Of a DNA stretch of 64,000 nucleotides, positions 13,571 to 26,700 are shown piece by piece (position 1 is the first letter of the stretch; the number at the start of each line of letters is the position of its first letter). A program made the translations under genes and the position numbers. Origin of the DNA: Balanoglossus misakiensis (taxonomy: Eukaryota > Animalia > Hemichordata); contig CM082593.2 of assembly GCA_040954595.2 (NCBI GenBank), positions 5,039,434 to 5,103,433 on the forward strand, read 5' to 3'. The notes under the pieces were generated by a model. The model searched no databases. It saw only the letters and a program-made list of their open reading frames with translations, and had not been told where the DNA came from.

Positions 13571-16500
13571 TAAATTATTGTATATTTAAATCATTTTGTA
13601 TTTATGTTCCTTTTTCCTTTCCTCATCTCAAAGAAGTGATCACGAAGCACTTACTTTGTAAAGATCCTTTAGAAAAGCTACGGCACCAATGTATACATCT
13701 ATACACATTGTATTTTGATCATGTGTTTACAAGGCTCTTCTCTACTAAACGGTATGTCAAATTCTCCTCTATGGTTTAATTTGAAAACCCAGTGATTGGC
13801 AACCTCTCTTGGGATTCTGATAAGCATGATTGCGTGGATTTGAGTTTATTTGAGGTCTTTCCAAACTTCAAGTGGAAGTCAAGGGCCCAGAATGTGTATC
13901 ACTATGTCCTGACACGTTTACTGATGTTCAAGTCCAGTTTTGTGTTTGGGGGCGAATATATGTCATGTTTTGGTCCAATCGTCGTCAACTTTAGACTGGC
14001 GCGTCAAAACCACCTGTTGGATGGCAAAGCTGTCCAAGACAGAATGCTGCAATTTGCGACAACTATGGGACGGCTGAGGTTTCTCTGACATGTGAGATAG
14101 TTTCTCAACAAGCCGATCGATTTATTTCTCTTTTCGCATTTGGAAAAACGTCATTTTTGCACTTGCAGTCGCTAACCCTACGAAAGACCGGAGAAGTACC
14201 ACACACAGTCGTGGTTAAATAGAAACGATAAGTGTATAGCTTACACAAATCGTTCGATTAACACTCATTTCGCGGGGAGCTCACTTCTCAAGTAGCTATC
14301 CTGTTGTACGGGATTAAGTCGGATTTGTTTCATCTTTGTTGCTGGTTATTATTGTCATTGAGAATAAAGTAGCGCCATGTCCCGCGGACTTCTCGTCCCT
14401 AATCTCCGCTGTAAACCCACCGTTCGATGCAAGACTGACAGTTACGGGCGGGTTATCGCCTGCCTGTGATTTTTTATCTGGCCTACAGACAAGTTGAGTG
14501 GATCTGCGATTTACAACCGTTGTCGGGCAGTGGCAAAAAATCACTCAATCTTTCTTGTCTTTGTTGACAAAGCTGGTCTCAACAAGATTTCGTCTGAATT
14601 GACCCAGATTACTCAAAAACCACATGGTCTTTAAGAGTCACGAGTGTCTGATCTACTGTTGTGTTTTTTCGTGGATACAAGTGCACTTATTTTTGTCAGT
14701 AAAGGTTGTCCACACTGTCCTTCGCACGTATGCTACTTGAGTCAAAATGGCTGACAGAAGAAAAACGACCATCCGCCATGATTATAAAATATGGTAAAAC
14801 GTCTCCCCAATCCATCCCCACGATGTTACATTGAAATAATTTTTGAACCTCGTGTCTTCAAGTCCCCCTTTCTGGCGTTTTTGTCTGACAACCAGAAAGT
14901 ACATTTTCAAAATAGCGGAATTTGTTAAAACAAACATAATTCGGAGTGTCCAACATGAGGCAGGATTAATGATCAACCTGAGACCTTCGATTGTAGATTA
15001 TTCCGCAAATGTCACGTTGCTAATTTGGCGCGTGGCAGTAGCTGTCGTCTGTCCAAATTTTACTGTAAACATTTTCTCAACAGGTGTGAGACAAACGATA
15101 AAAATATTTGCGATGCCACATGTACGTCGAAGCTAAAGTATTCCTGAACATTAAAAATGGCGCTAAAATCACCACAAACCTGTTGAAACTAACGCACAAT
15201 TTTCTTCAAATTTTAAGAAACATGACCTATGTAAAGTGGTTCCAAACTACTGCAAGAATCTGAAAAGTGACCGCCATTTTGTTTCAAAAATTCAGAAAAT
15301 GCCAGTTTTTTTGAGCAGGGAACGAAGGTATTTATTGCTATGAAAGCTTCAAGATGATTGACAGCAGAGAAAATCGACATATAAAAGACGACAACAAAAC
15401 AACAATAACAACAACAACAAAAGCGACCGACCAACATAAAGACCAACTCGGCATTATTTTGGGTTCTAAGGAAATAGCAGCAACTATTTCGTGACCTTTT
15501 TATGTGAAACAAAAACAAGTTGTTGATAACCTTCGATATGGTGAGGACCTTTGGACCGCCCTCAAGTGTCCGGCTTTGGCTGATAAATCTCAATCTGTCA
15601 AAAAATTCTTCAGAAAATCTATACAACACTTCAGAGGAAACGAGAAAAATCGCTCTGAGGTATTTGTCGCATTGCTGCGGTATTCACGTTTCTGACACAG
15701 TACAATCAGACTTCAAACTGTTGGTCGGTTTCAACCAAAGATTCAAAGTCCAGGCATTAACGCGTTTACTCTCACGCTATGCAGCTGTTATCTGGTTTTT
15801 TTTTTTATAAAATCATGTTCCTAAATTATTTGACTCGACTATCGTGAATCCGACCAAGACTTTTACATCCCTTTTTGCAAACAAAGATATCGGCGAACAT
15901 TACCTGTACAAAAACGATCGTGCAGGCAAGAACGAATAAAAACGAAAGAAAATTCTCCCAGTTATGCTGAAGGCGCCGTCTCAAATTTTTAATTCAAAAT
16001 TTTATAATTTTCTGTAGGTTATCGATTTTAAGGTGTTGGTGATAACTTGTTACATACACAGAGGCCCGGCCCTCTAACAACATTCCTCCAGAAATCCCGC
16101 TAATCCCGAGAGCCAAAGGCGATATTTCGTAAGATTTTTACAACATTTTAATTGAGCAATTTGTGACATCACAAAACGATTAGGGGATTATGGGGATTTG
16201 TAACTTTTATCTACCCTATCGACAATGTCGCAAAAAAATCAGTGTACATGTAACCTCCGATCAGCTTAGAGCTGTCTCTCTCAGTAGTTTCTGGTTTGCT
16301 GCCAATGCTCTCACAGTATCAGTGATGATACACTTGAACTCATTCAACCTGCCCATAGGAAATCAAAGGGTCTTCACCGAATTCGTATAAATATAAATAT
16401 AGTACTAGAATCTTTGTTGCAACAGTTTTACATGTAAAAGCAGTCGACAAAGTCCTGGCCAGCAGTACATCGTGCAATGATTCAATTCTCTTCTGTTATT

Positions 16501-18228
16501 TTATACTTGGCTGACATGAATATTAATCGTTATCGACAGCTATGATTTTCTCTCTTTTTCAAGTTCTGCTTTGTGCCTTCCATCTATTTCTAAGTTGAAG
16601 TCGACACGTCATCGAAGAGTACCAAACTGTTCACTACAAGCCTTTGATAACATGCGGAATTTGAACTGTAATAAAATCATCACGAGTTCTCTTATCTTGT
16701 GGCGTTGTTTTAATTCGATATCGTTAATGAGCTCAATCAGGAAGAGGGGTGTAGTTAGCTTATCGCTGATTTCATGAGGGCTCCGTTCGTCTGGGCGATG
16801 TGCAAGTCTGAAGGAATGCCACCAGAGCGTGGATTGGAATCACGGACGAACATTAAAGAGACTCTGATGGGATAATCTTCTGATGTAATTTTGGATAATG
16901 TTTCGTACGTGAGGTAACCTTGTGTGATTGTTCAATGAAATGAAATGTGCTCAATGATGTAATTTGCAAACCGTTCAAACAGACGAGGAGCATTATACGG
17001 TTATTTATTAAAATACCATTTCATCTGATTGGTAGCGTCAACAGGTGGTTTTTGTACACGTACGAGCTGCGTATATACAAAGACTGAAAATATGAGTATA
17101 TGATAATGTACAATCGTTCAGATATTGAACGACGCGATGGCCGCGTGGAGTTCAATAAATGAACAATTGCACGACACGAGCACACGTACACTATCCGTCT
17201 AACAACACGTAGACGTAAGACAACATCTGTGATCTTGGTATGCTAAACAACTTCTCACTCACATAAGCCAATAACAAGCTTCACAAAACACACCCGGTGA
17301 ATGGCACGTTTCGATTGGATAGTTGTCTGCCAGTTCATTTGCCAGGTGGTCGGCGAGGCGCCACTTTCATCATTCGAAAGTCAGTCTTTGACGTGCAAAC
17401 ACCGTGGCTGAAAGTAGTGACGAGAACGACCTGTGTATCACCCAGAGCAATTTCGGACAACCAAGTGAAAGTGAAGGTCCATGCCTGTGACGATATGGAC
17501 TTGGATTTTGCAAGATTTTTGGTAGCCTCATTGAAGATATGTACATGTACATAAACCATCGCCCATGGAATGTGCTTGACGAAAATCGAGGGTGCCTTTT
17601 CTCCTGACCTGCGGCCGCCATTGCGCTCATCATGTACGGTAAGTAACATTTTCTGTATTTTTTTTCTCTCGAAACAAGTTGTTCTATTAGTTGAGAATTT
17701 TCGGTTTTACGTCTGCAAGGTACGTCAGGGACGTTCTGGTTTGTCGAAAAAATGAAACTTTCAGGGCGAAACCGTGTGCGAGGTAGAAATAAAAGCCCAA
17801 CGAAATGTCGAGCCCGGCGCAGAGATTACAGACAAAGATGGCCGAACCAAGTATATGCACCTGGTATTTAGATGAGCAAGGAATAGACTCGTGTATTGTT
17901 TTAGTTTATGACATAATCTCATGTAGGTATTTCAAATCTCAGTCCTCGCGGTTCAAAAATCATTAAATTCCGTGCTTCTGAAGGAAATTCTACTAGCAAC
18001 AAATTTTATGAAACGTAGGTGAATAACATAAGCTGATCAACATTGTAGGAAAAATTTTGGACAGACGACACTGCTAAATGATTGCATGTACAATGGGTCA
18101 ATGCGTGGATAATTATCTCAGCTCAGTCAGTGCCTAAAAGTCAGCGATTTCGATACTCGAATTCAGAACTATCATAAAATCGTTAACACGAGGGCTTATC
18201 TACTTGTAAGTATTTGTTTACGGCTAAT

Positions 18229-19830
18229 GTACTTCATGTCCATTGCCAAATGAGGTCAAAGGTAAAGGTTAGGTAAAGAACACGAACACCTGTGTGTACC
18301 AGTCGACTAAAGGCAGCTATCGCCAGATTTCTGATAATGAAGTCATTTTAATTGATTTGGAAATCGTTTGTATCAGTGCATGGTGGGGTGGGGGGGGGGG
18401 GGTGTTGTATTCATACGCGAAAATGTTGACCATGTCCGATTAACTTTAAACGTTACAGACCCTACTAGGGTGGAGTAAGTGAGGGCGCTTGTTCAAATGA
18501 TTCCCTGGACATGGTAACGTTGTTTATGGTTCGTCTCTGTTCTCCATGGTTTTTCATATGTGATACGAGTTAAAACACGCGGTAAAAAGACAACTATTTC
18601 ATAAAATACGTAACTGCGTCAGAGTCAGTGGCTCGTGTCAAAGTCACCGTTCTGACCTAAAGGTAAAAGGTCAAATCAATGATAATGTCGTCGTCAGCGT
18701 TTTAGTGGACAATTTGCAAACCCTAAATCGCGTGTGGACGCTACCGAAAGACTCATTATTCCTTATCTAATCACTTAACGATTCAACTTTTAAGGACTTA
18801 ATGGCATTGGAAATGGAGTTAATGTACTTGACTTTGATCCCTATTAGTTTACGTTATTCTTCAATCGAAAGACGAAGGGATTAGGCCCCCCTCAGCATCA
18901 AAACGTTTCGAGCATGGCATAGTCAGAACATCCTATAATTTCATTTTTTTCCCAATTTTTTTTCAACTTCAAGAGTGATTCATTTGTTAATATGGTTTGT
19001 ATTTCTCCGATACTATGCCCTCATAATGTTGCAACACATTTAACTTTTAAAACCAATTCCACCAATGAAATCATGATCATTGGGTCTCGGCCCTCGTCTT
19101 CGCTCCCCAAAAGATAGTGAACGATAATACATGTACACCCCATTCCTTCAGCAAGTTTTATACTCTATCAGCAGCTGATATTCATCTAGTCTCAAAACCA
19201 ATTTTCTCGAAATTTTGAGGAAAATGCAGTAAATTGACCCGGTCGTCAACTTACCTGCCATCCCGTCATGTGAAAGATAACTTCAAGCCGCCCAAGAGGG
19301 CGCCTTACTGGAAGCCCAGCCCCTGTGAACAAAAATTAAGTCTACAGGCTTTTGGGTATAGAACTACTAAAGAAAGGCAATATATTTTAACAAATTTCTC
19401 GTTGGATATTCAACTGTCATAATCGAGAATATCAGGGAACTACACAAAAAATTAGTGATTATTTCATTTCCCAGTTATTCAACAGTTTATTGTTGGTAAC
19501 TTGAACAACAAGACAAGTATTCATATAGACACTTTATCGGTTCCTGTTTTCGACTCAACGATTTTGATACTTGGAATCCGGACTATTATAAAACCATTAA
19601 GACAAGGATTGTCTCCTCAAAAGTATTTGTGTACTATTAGCGTACTTCACGTTCATCTCCATTAAAGAGTTAAAGGTCGTGTAAAGAAAGCGCTCGCCTG
19701 TGTGTGCCAGTCGGTATCGCAAAACTTCTGATAGTCGCTATTTAATCGTTTTGCAATTAGTTCTAATCAGCGGATGATGAGCATCAAATTCGCGCGAAAA
19801 TGTCACCATTGTCCGATTAACGTTACACGA
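18229..19830. repeat. Diverged direct duplication of ~200 bp (18229-18460 and 19643-19830)
   Basis: Collinear shared blocks: gtacttca, aaaggt, gtaaagaa, cctgtgtgt.ccagtcg, tatcgc, ttctgata, atcag, cgcgaaaatgt, tgtccgattaac, cgttaca. Confidence 0.7.
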
Positions 19831-20748
19831 CACTTGCATTGACTCCACAAAGTCGCGATTGACAGCTCATTATATATGATAGTCACACGGAAGGCATCAT
19901 TAGGGAGGTGTAATTTTGACGACTGCATTGTATACAAGCATTTATGGGTGATAACAGAAATCTGTCGACGGGGATGTCTGGGCGGCGGCCCACGAATCGA
20001 ATGTCAAGGTAAAGTGTGTTGACTCGGTGAACGACCTCGCTTGCAAAAAACCTGTATGCGTTCGCATTATACCGCTTGATACACCATAACATGGAGTAAA
20101 GTCTGGTAGTTAGGAAACGTTCGGTCCATTCGGTCACAAAACATTAATCGTCAAAACATTGAACCGAGCCGTCGCAATTTAACTAGAGCATCCACAACTA
20201 TTGATTGAAAGACTGCCAAAGAAAATGTAAAGGTATCTTGGAGAACAAAATATTTCTTTAATTTTTCATGAACCCAACAGATTAAAACATGACTTAACAA
20301 ACGATTTCTCACTCCATAGACGATATAATATAAGTATCGCGTGTTCTAGTTAACTATTTCAATTTAAATATTTCGTTTTGAATCCTGAGTATATTAAATC
20401 ATATTGCGTTGTCAAATCCGATAAATTCGAGCTAATATCCAAAATCTAGGCCTCACAGACACAAGTGAGGGCTGTGATTTTTTTCTGTTCAAATGCAAAA
20501 CAAATACATGTACATATTCATTGAAAAAATGCATATTCATAAGGTTGACCAGATCCCACAAGCTCTAATATTTGAATTTGTAGAGATACATGTAGCTCAT
20601 CTTTTTTGTAAACATCCCCCAAGTTTTCCCCAAACCAATATATTCAGTTATTTCTTGAGTAGTTTTGTCATATTTTTGTTCAGGCTTATATCCCCTAAGA
20701 TGACGTAATTAGCACTAGTTGAAAGAAGCGGATCAACATTCGTGTTCT

Positions 20749-23700
20749 TCAGACGTTATTCTGCAGCCATCTTGTTATTTCGTCATTGTATCTCTTCAGC
20801 CAGTTGATATTACCCTGTACATGTTCCAGGGCCTGTTCTCGTCCCCGTGCCCCGGTGCCTGCATCCGGGTACATCGCAAAGAAATCCTTCATCTGTAACG
20901 TAGAAAACGCACATGATTTTCATACTGTGACTAACTGTACGTAGTGCTTGAGGGCGAGAAAAAAATGAAGAATGACTACTACTAAAATCCATACCTCTTG
21001 CAGTTGAAGCTCTGTTGTGAAAGTGTCAGTAATGCCGGGAATAACTCGTCCAAATCTGCGATCATTCAGACCGAACCTACGTCAAAAGAGGGGAAAATGT
21101 GTCTTTCATTTCACCCTGTGACTTTTCTGATGAATAACGTAAATACTGAATATTGATTTTTAATGTCGTGGTCGTAGGCGAAATACAACCGTGTGACAAC
21201 GTACTAAATGGTACCAGAACATGAATTTGTTATTCTTTGAGATGCACAGGACAAAATACTGAAAACACCAAGTGTTACAGCCCCTGGCCTCGCGAGGGCG
21301 ATGCAGCAGAACAAATATTATGGCACCTACTTGTCAATCATTTTCTGCCAGTTTGTTCGTACCCAGTCCCACACTATTGGAGTGGCCACTGGATTGTCCG
21401 CGAGGTAGTTGACCACTGTGAAGAAGTCCTGTGTCTTGACAATATCCTCATCCCAACAGTAGTCCAAATATCTACGAATGAGAGAACGGTGTTACAAATC
21501 CGCGAAAGAGCGCAGCCATTTTGAAATCAAAAGGGTGTTTAATTCGCTCAATTTAATTACATGCACTTAACTAGGCAATACAGCAAATACTCGAAAATAC
21601 CTGGATATCAGCCAGATGTGTCGTGTTTGCGACAGGCCGTACATTAGACGAGATCGTTCGCTCGCTTGATTTTCGTTCTTGTAGCGCTCGAACATCAGTT
21701 CCCAGTCGTCTTTGCTGCCGACGCCGATACCGTGACTGTAAACAATACTTCGGAAATCACTCGGGATCCTGTAGGGAGTAAAAAAAGATGACAAAAGTAG
21801 GTTTAAAATATTTTAATCGGTAAATCCTTGTAGATAAATTCATTCAAAAAAGATTCATGTGTATACAATGATTTTCGTGCTATAACGAAGAAAGACGCCG
21901 ATGGGGTAATCTATTGGTGGCGCTGTTCAAGTTAAAGTGGGTGGGCACAGGGTGTTTCATGGAAGTGAGGTTGAGGAGAATATGTAAATTTACACTGCAT
22001 TGTCCATGTAACAAGAACTCATAAATACTCAAAATATAAAATAATATCGTGTAAGTTGACCTACTCCTTTCCGTCTCGCCATTCATCGAAGTAATTCAAA
22101 GCATCAGAGACACATTCACTGTTTCCGTTGTCACACGCCAAACCAATGATGATACCCCTCAAGTACCTGAGAAATTGGATAAATGTACAGATATGAAAAC
22201 TCATGATAATTATATACATGGCATAGAAAAAAAAACACATTTCAATATTTGTTTACACACAGAACGTTCATTTTATGGTAAAACTTACTTTTCGATGTGT
22301 TCACCAGTGTCGTTGAATCCAAGACGATTGTAAATATTCTGCGCTTGCGTGTTGACGTATTTCTAGGTACAGTATTGAACGTAGACAGAAAATAGTTAAT
22401 TATTTTGTTCTCACTAAAGAAAGTCTCGTTAAAAATTGTGTTGACGTGGCGAAAATAAGATGAGATGATTATAGTTAGGTTGTGTTAATTGTGTCAATAG
22501 TCGAAGAGTAGCCGAGCCTGTTTAACCATAGACAGTATTGTTTAACTTTATGTTTCTTTTTCTGTATACCTTCTGTCGCGACTACGCCCTCGGAGTTCAT
22601 TTCGGCATACATTGCTTACCTTCCACAGTCCATACGCAGGGGTGTGGTAGAGAAACGTGCCCAGATCAGAGAACAGCCCCGAAATAGTTCTCCACGGAAC
22701 GTAAGCGTCCTCTACGTCCAAGTATTTGCTCAGATCTAATGCAATACTGTAGTTGAGGTAACTAGCCCTGGAAACAAATACGCAATCAGGTTCTCAATGA
22801 TATATATCACACTGATCACAATAATTTGAAAGCATGTAGTTCGGGAAACGTTCTGGTCAGAGCAAGCCCGTAATAATCAGTTGCGGTTTCAGAATTTCGT
22901 GAACATTTGCCGAGATTGCACTGAAAAACTGTGAGTAGATTGTTTTACCTTGCCAGATTGAACGCGTCATTCAACAATCCAGCTCTGTTCGCGGGCGAGA
23001 ATATCTGCAAGAGACATTTCAGAGTATGATATATAATGATGAAAAATCCTGGAACAGTAAGAACTAGTTAATTTCCGTCATAATCCTACACTACAAGGTG
23101 CAACATATCGTACGACAAGTTATACCATTGAGAAATTTACTGCATTTGGAGTAAAGGTTTCCACCACTATCTCAATCTGTGATCATGCACTAACAGAAAT
23201 AAAACATCTTTACCTGGTGGTTAGTTTTCAGCTGATTGGCTAAGCTGTTCCAGGTTTCTTCATCATAGTTGACGCGATAGACCCCGGTATGGTCCACGTT
23301 CACTTTTATCCAGCTGGAGTTATCAGACGGCCAGTCGAACACAGCTACAGTAAAATGATGACAGGGAACATTAACAAACAAACAAATAAACGAACGAATG
23401 AAAACACGTAAATAAGCAAGCAAGCAAGCAGACAAGAGAATGAATGAATGAATAAATAAAGAAAACATTTACCGTCTCCACGGTCCAGCCACAAAAATCC
23501 TTTATCACCATTTTCAGACACGTAGTCAACCTTAAGGTACCACTCATAGCTAGAGAATATACGAAAGTAGTTGTTCATTAGGTCATCCAAAAACTCGTTT
23601 AGGCGACAATGTAATGAAAATGATGGGGGGGGGGGGTGATCAATACGATGTACGCAGAATTACAGGACTTAAACAAACGAGGAACCGATAAGACGAATAT

Positions 23701-26700
23701 ATGAGCGCCCTCAAACCTTACTTGTACGGGGATGACGTGGTGTCGGTAACATCCGGGTCAACCAAGAAGCGCTTCTGTGTTAGCCGCACCCTCTCAACTC
23801 CAGTGTGGTCATGGAATTTCTCCATGGAAACCACAGGGTAGCCCATTTGTAGAGTCCACGTGTCCATCACCTTGGGAACGCTGAAGTCTGTGTGCTGTAA
23901 CAAAAGCATTTTCTTAATATAACAGTTATAATTGCTTCAGATGTGTAAATTTCAAAACTTGGTCATTGAGGGAAACTTCTAAGAATGCTGTACCACAGTC
24001 CCTCTATAGGGACCGTGGTTGTACCGAGCACAAGCGAGCAACGTCGCCTTACCTCGTCGAGTACATTCCACAGGTCAGGAGTTGTAACCGATCCAAATTT
24101 GTACTTCAGCATGAAGGCCTGATTAAAATGAAGATTAGTCAAGAACGTTTTGATATTTCTAAGAATGCATTGCTGCTTTAAAACTGCAGCCTTTCTATAG
24201 GCGGCTGACCGAGTCGAAGTTCACAGAAAATCGTTCCTCATAGTCGACACGTAATGTGGTAATCAAGAAAATCAATTCCATACCATGTTAACACTTAAGT
24301 CGAAGCAAGCGATGGGAACGTTCTTGAATGAATAGAGACTTATATTAGCAGTTCAATTATTCTCGCACTTTCAAAAAATTATAGTTATGCAACTTGTCAA
24401 GAATAATGCACATGCTAGCCTCGGTGGGTAGGCAGGAAGCAAACTCACTTTGATCCCGGCCCTGAAATCGTCTTCTCCCATGAAAGATTGCAACATACGT
24501 ATGATAGATGAACCCTATGTAAAGAGACGACATAAACGTTAATTTATCTCTCAGAAAGCATAGCCGAGGTTCTTACCGAAAAATCGTGGTTCTTACGTTT
24601 TACAGCCTACAAAGTCAAAACAAGTCAAGGTTCTAGCTGACAAAGTCTTATTTTTAGTCGATGCGATGATAATTTCTCATTAAAAATTAACAATTATTGT
24701 AAATTATCTCTCAGGAATCACCAAGGTTCTTAAATAGGCATTTTCATGCATAGCCGAGGTTCTTACGTTTTACAGCCTGTTTGACTGTTAGCATATGGCT
24801 TACCTTGGTGTATGTGATGGAATCAAAAATTTCATTAATCTGGTCTGGATGCTCCAGCGGTTGGACAATGGGATGAGAACTGACAAGTTGATCTTCTGAC
24901 ATGGCATAGAACAGGTCAGAGGTCAGAAATTGGTCGTGCTGTAATATAGAAATTAGTCTCAGAGATACGAATTTCATTCGCGGTGATATTTGGAAAATGG
25001 TTGATGTACTTTTTCATAAAACGAATCAATGTAATCATCTAGCGTATGAGCGTTTCTTTCTATGGTTTTAGATGTGTTGCAAACTTCAGTAATATTAAAT
25101 GTCATGCTCATTTGATGTGCAGTAAGTTTGACCTCATTGACGTCACTCACCATCAGCCAATCAGGATGCACAGCGTTGACACCGTAGTACTCCAAGAAAC
25201 TGGCGAATCCCTCATTTAGCCAAAGGTCATTCCACCACAGACAGGTTGCTATGTTACCGAACCACTACATACGCGGGCGAGAAAGATAGCACATAAAACG
25301 GGCGAGTGCGTAGAGATTAGTTCAAAGAATGCCTTGTGTCTGCATCAGATTCGATCACATTTTGACGTCACAAGAATAGGCACATTGGCCGGTGAAAAAT
25401 ATATTTCCTAGAAAGGGACATATGAGATGCCACAGAAAAGAGTAATCTGTTCATTGTGGCCACTTCACATTATGCCTAACATATTGAAAAAATGACAGGT
25501 GCCATGTGAGGGTTGCTCACTCTTTTCGAAAAAAACCCCACACCAAATGAGTATTTCTGTGTTTTCTTACTTTAGAAATATCACAAATTCCAGAAAATGC
25601 AGAATAAGACGTTGACAAAAAGTGATATTTGGTTAAATGACACAAACTGAAAATTTCTCGGGACACCACTCACCAAATGGGCCAGTTCGTGGGCAATGAC
25701 AACAGCCACTCGTTGCTTGTTGGATTCTGACGACACGCCTGGTTCGTACAGCAGGTTGGTTTCTCTGAAGGTCATGATTCCCCAGTGTTCCGTGGCTCCG
25801 GACGGGTAGTCTGGAACTGCTACAACGTCTGGTGGATTTTGGGTCAACAAATGAGTGTCGGTTAGAGAGAGTCGGTCAGAGTCGTCGAAAGAACACAATG
25901 CCAGTCAGTCAGTCAGTCAGTCAGTCAGCCAGTCAGTCAATCAATCAAGCAATCATTTGGCTACGTATATCTCACCTGATTTTGGCATGGGGAATTCCAC
26001 TCCAAACCAGTCGTTTTCAAAATATTCATGCATGCGCTTGCCTATATCAAGCGCGTACAGCGTTTGGTTCAATTGGTCTTTGTGCGTCCACACTCGATAC
26101 TGTTGGGAAATGTAAAGCAAGTGCGCAATTATTAATAAATACTGCACATTGTTATTTGCGTATACATGTACATGTATCTTGCTGGGATTATCACGTTCAC
26201 ATGCTTATGATGAATCATCATTTACTAGATTTACTGTAGGCCTATACGCACCGGTATAGATGCGTTCAGAACTTCACTGTAGTACGTTGTATTTGTGTTG
26301 ACGAAATCACTGACGATGTAGGCAGTCAGATAGGAACTCATGGGCACTGGTGTTGTTGGAAACCGCGTCTCTAAGTAGCCATCCTCACGAACAATCGTTT
26401 CCTGGGGGATGAAGAGGAGAGATTAAAGGTTAACGGAAGGTGGTCATAATGATTTTCTGTATGCCCATTATAATATGGTTTTTTTTTTAAATCACTTTCT
26501 CACTTTTCTTCAGACCTACTTCTGAATCCATATTGGACATTGCGTGCCGGCCTTCATCATGGATCAACGTTGTGGTGTACCTTGCCTTGTACTCGGGTTC
26601 GTCAAAGTTCGGAAAAGCTCGGCGGGAATCGGTAGGTTGGAATTTACTAGTCGACAGTGATCTGGGTAGAGAGATAATTCGGAAGAGAATAGGAATTATT

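Noticed and set aside
1-20000. Search for Pitx or other homeobox exons in the gene-free region
   Set aside because: No WFxNRR-type or other homeodomain-coding segment was found by eye or in the ORF track.
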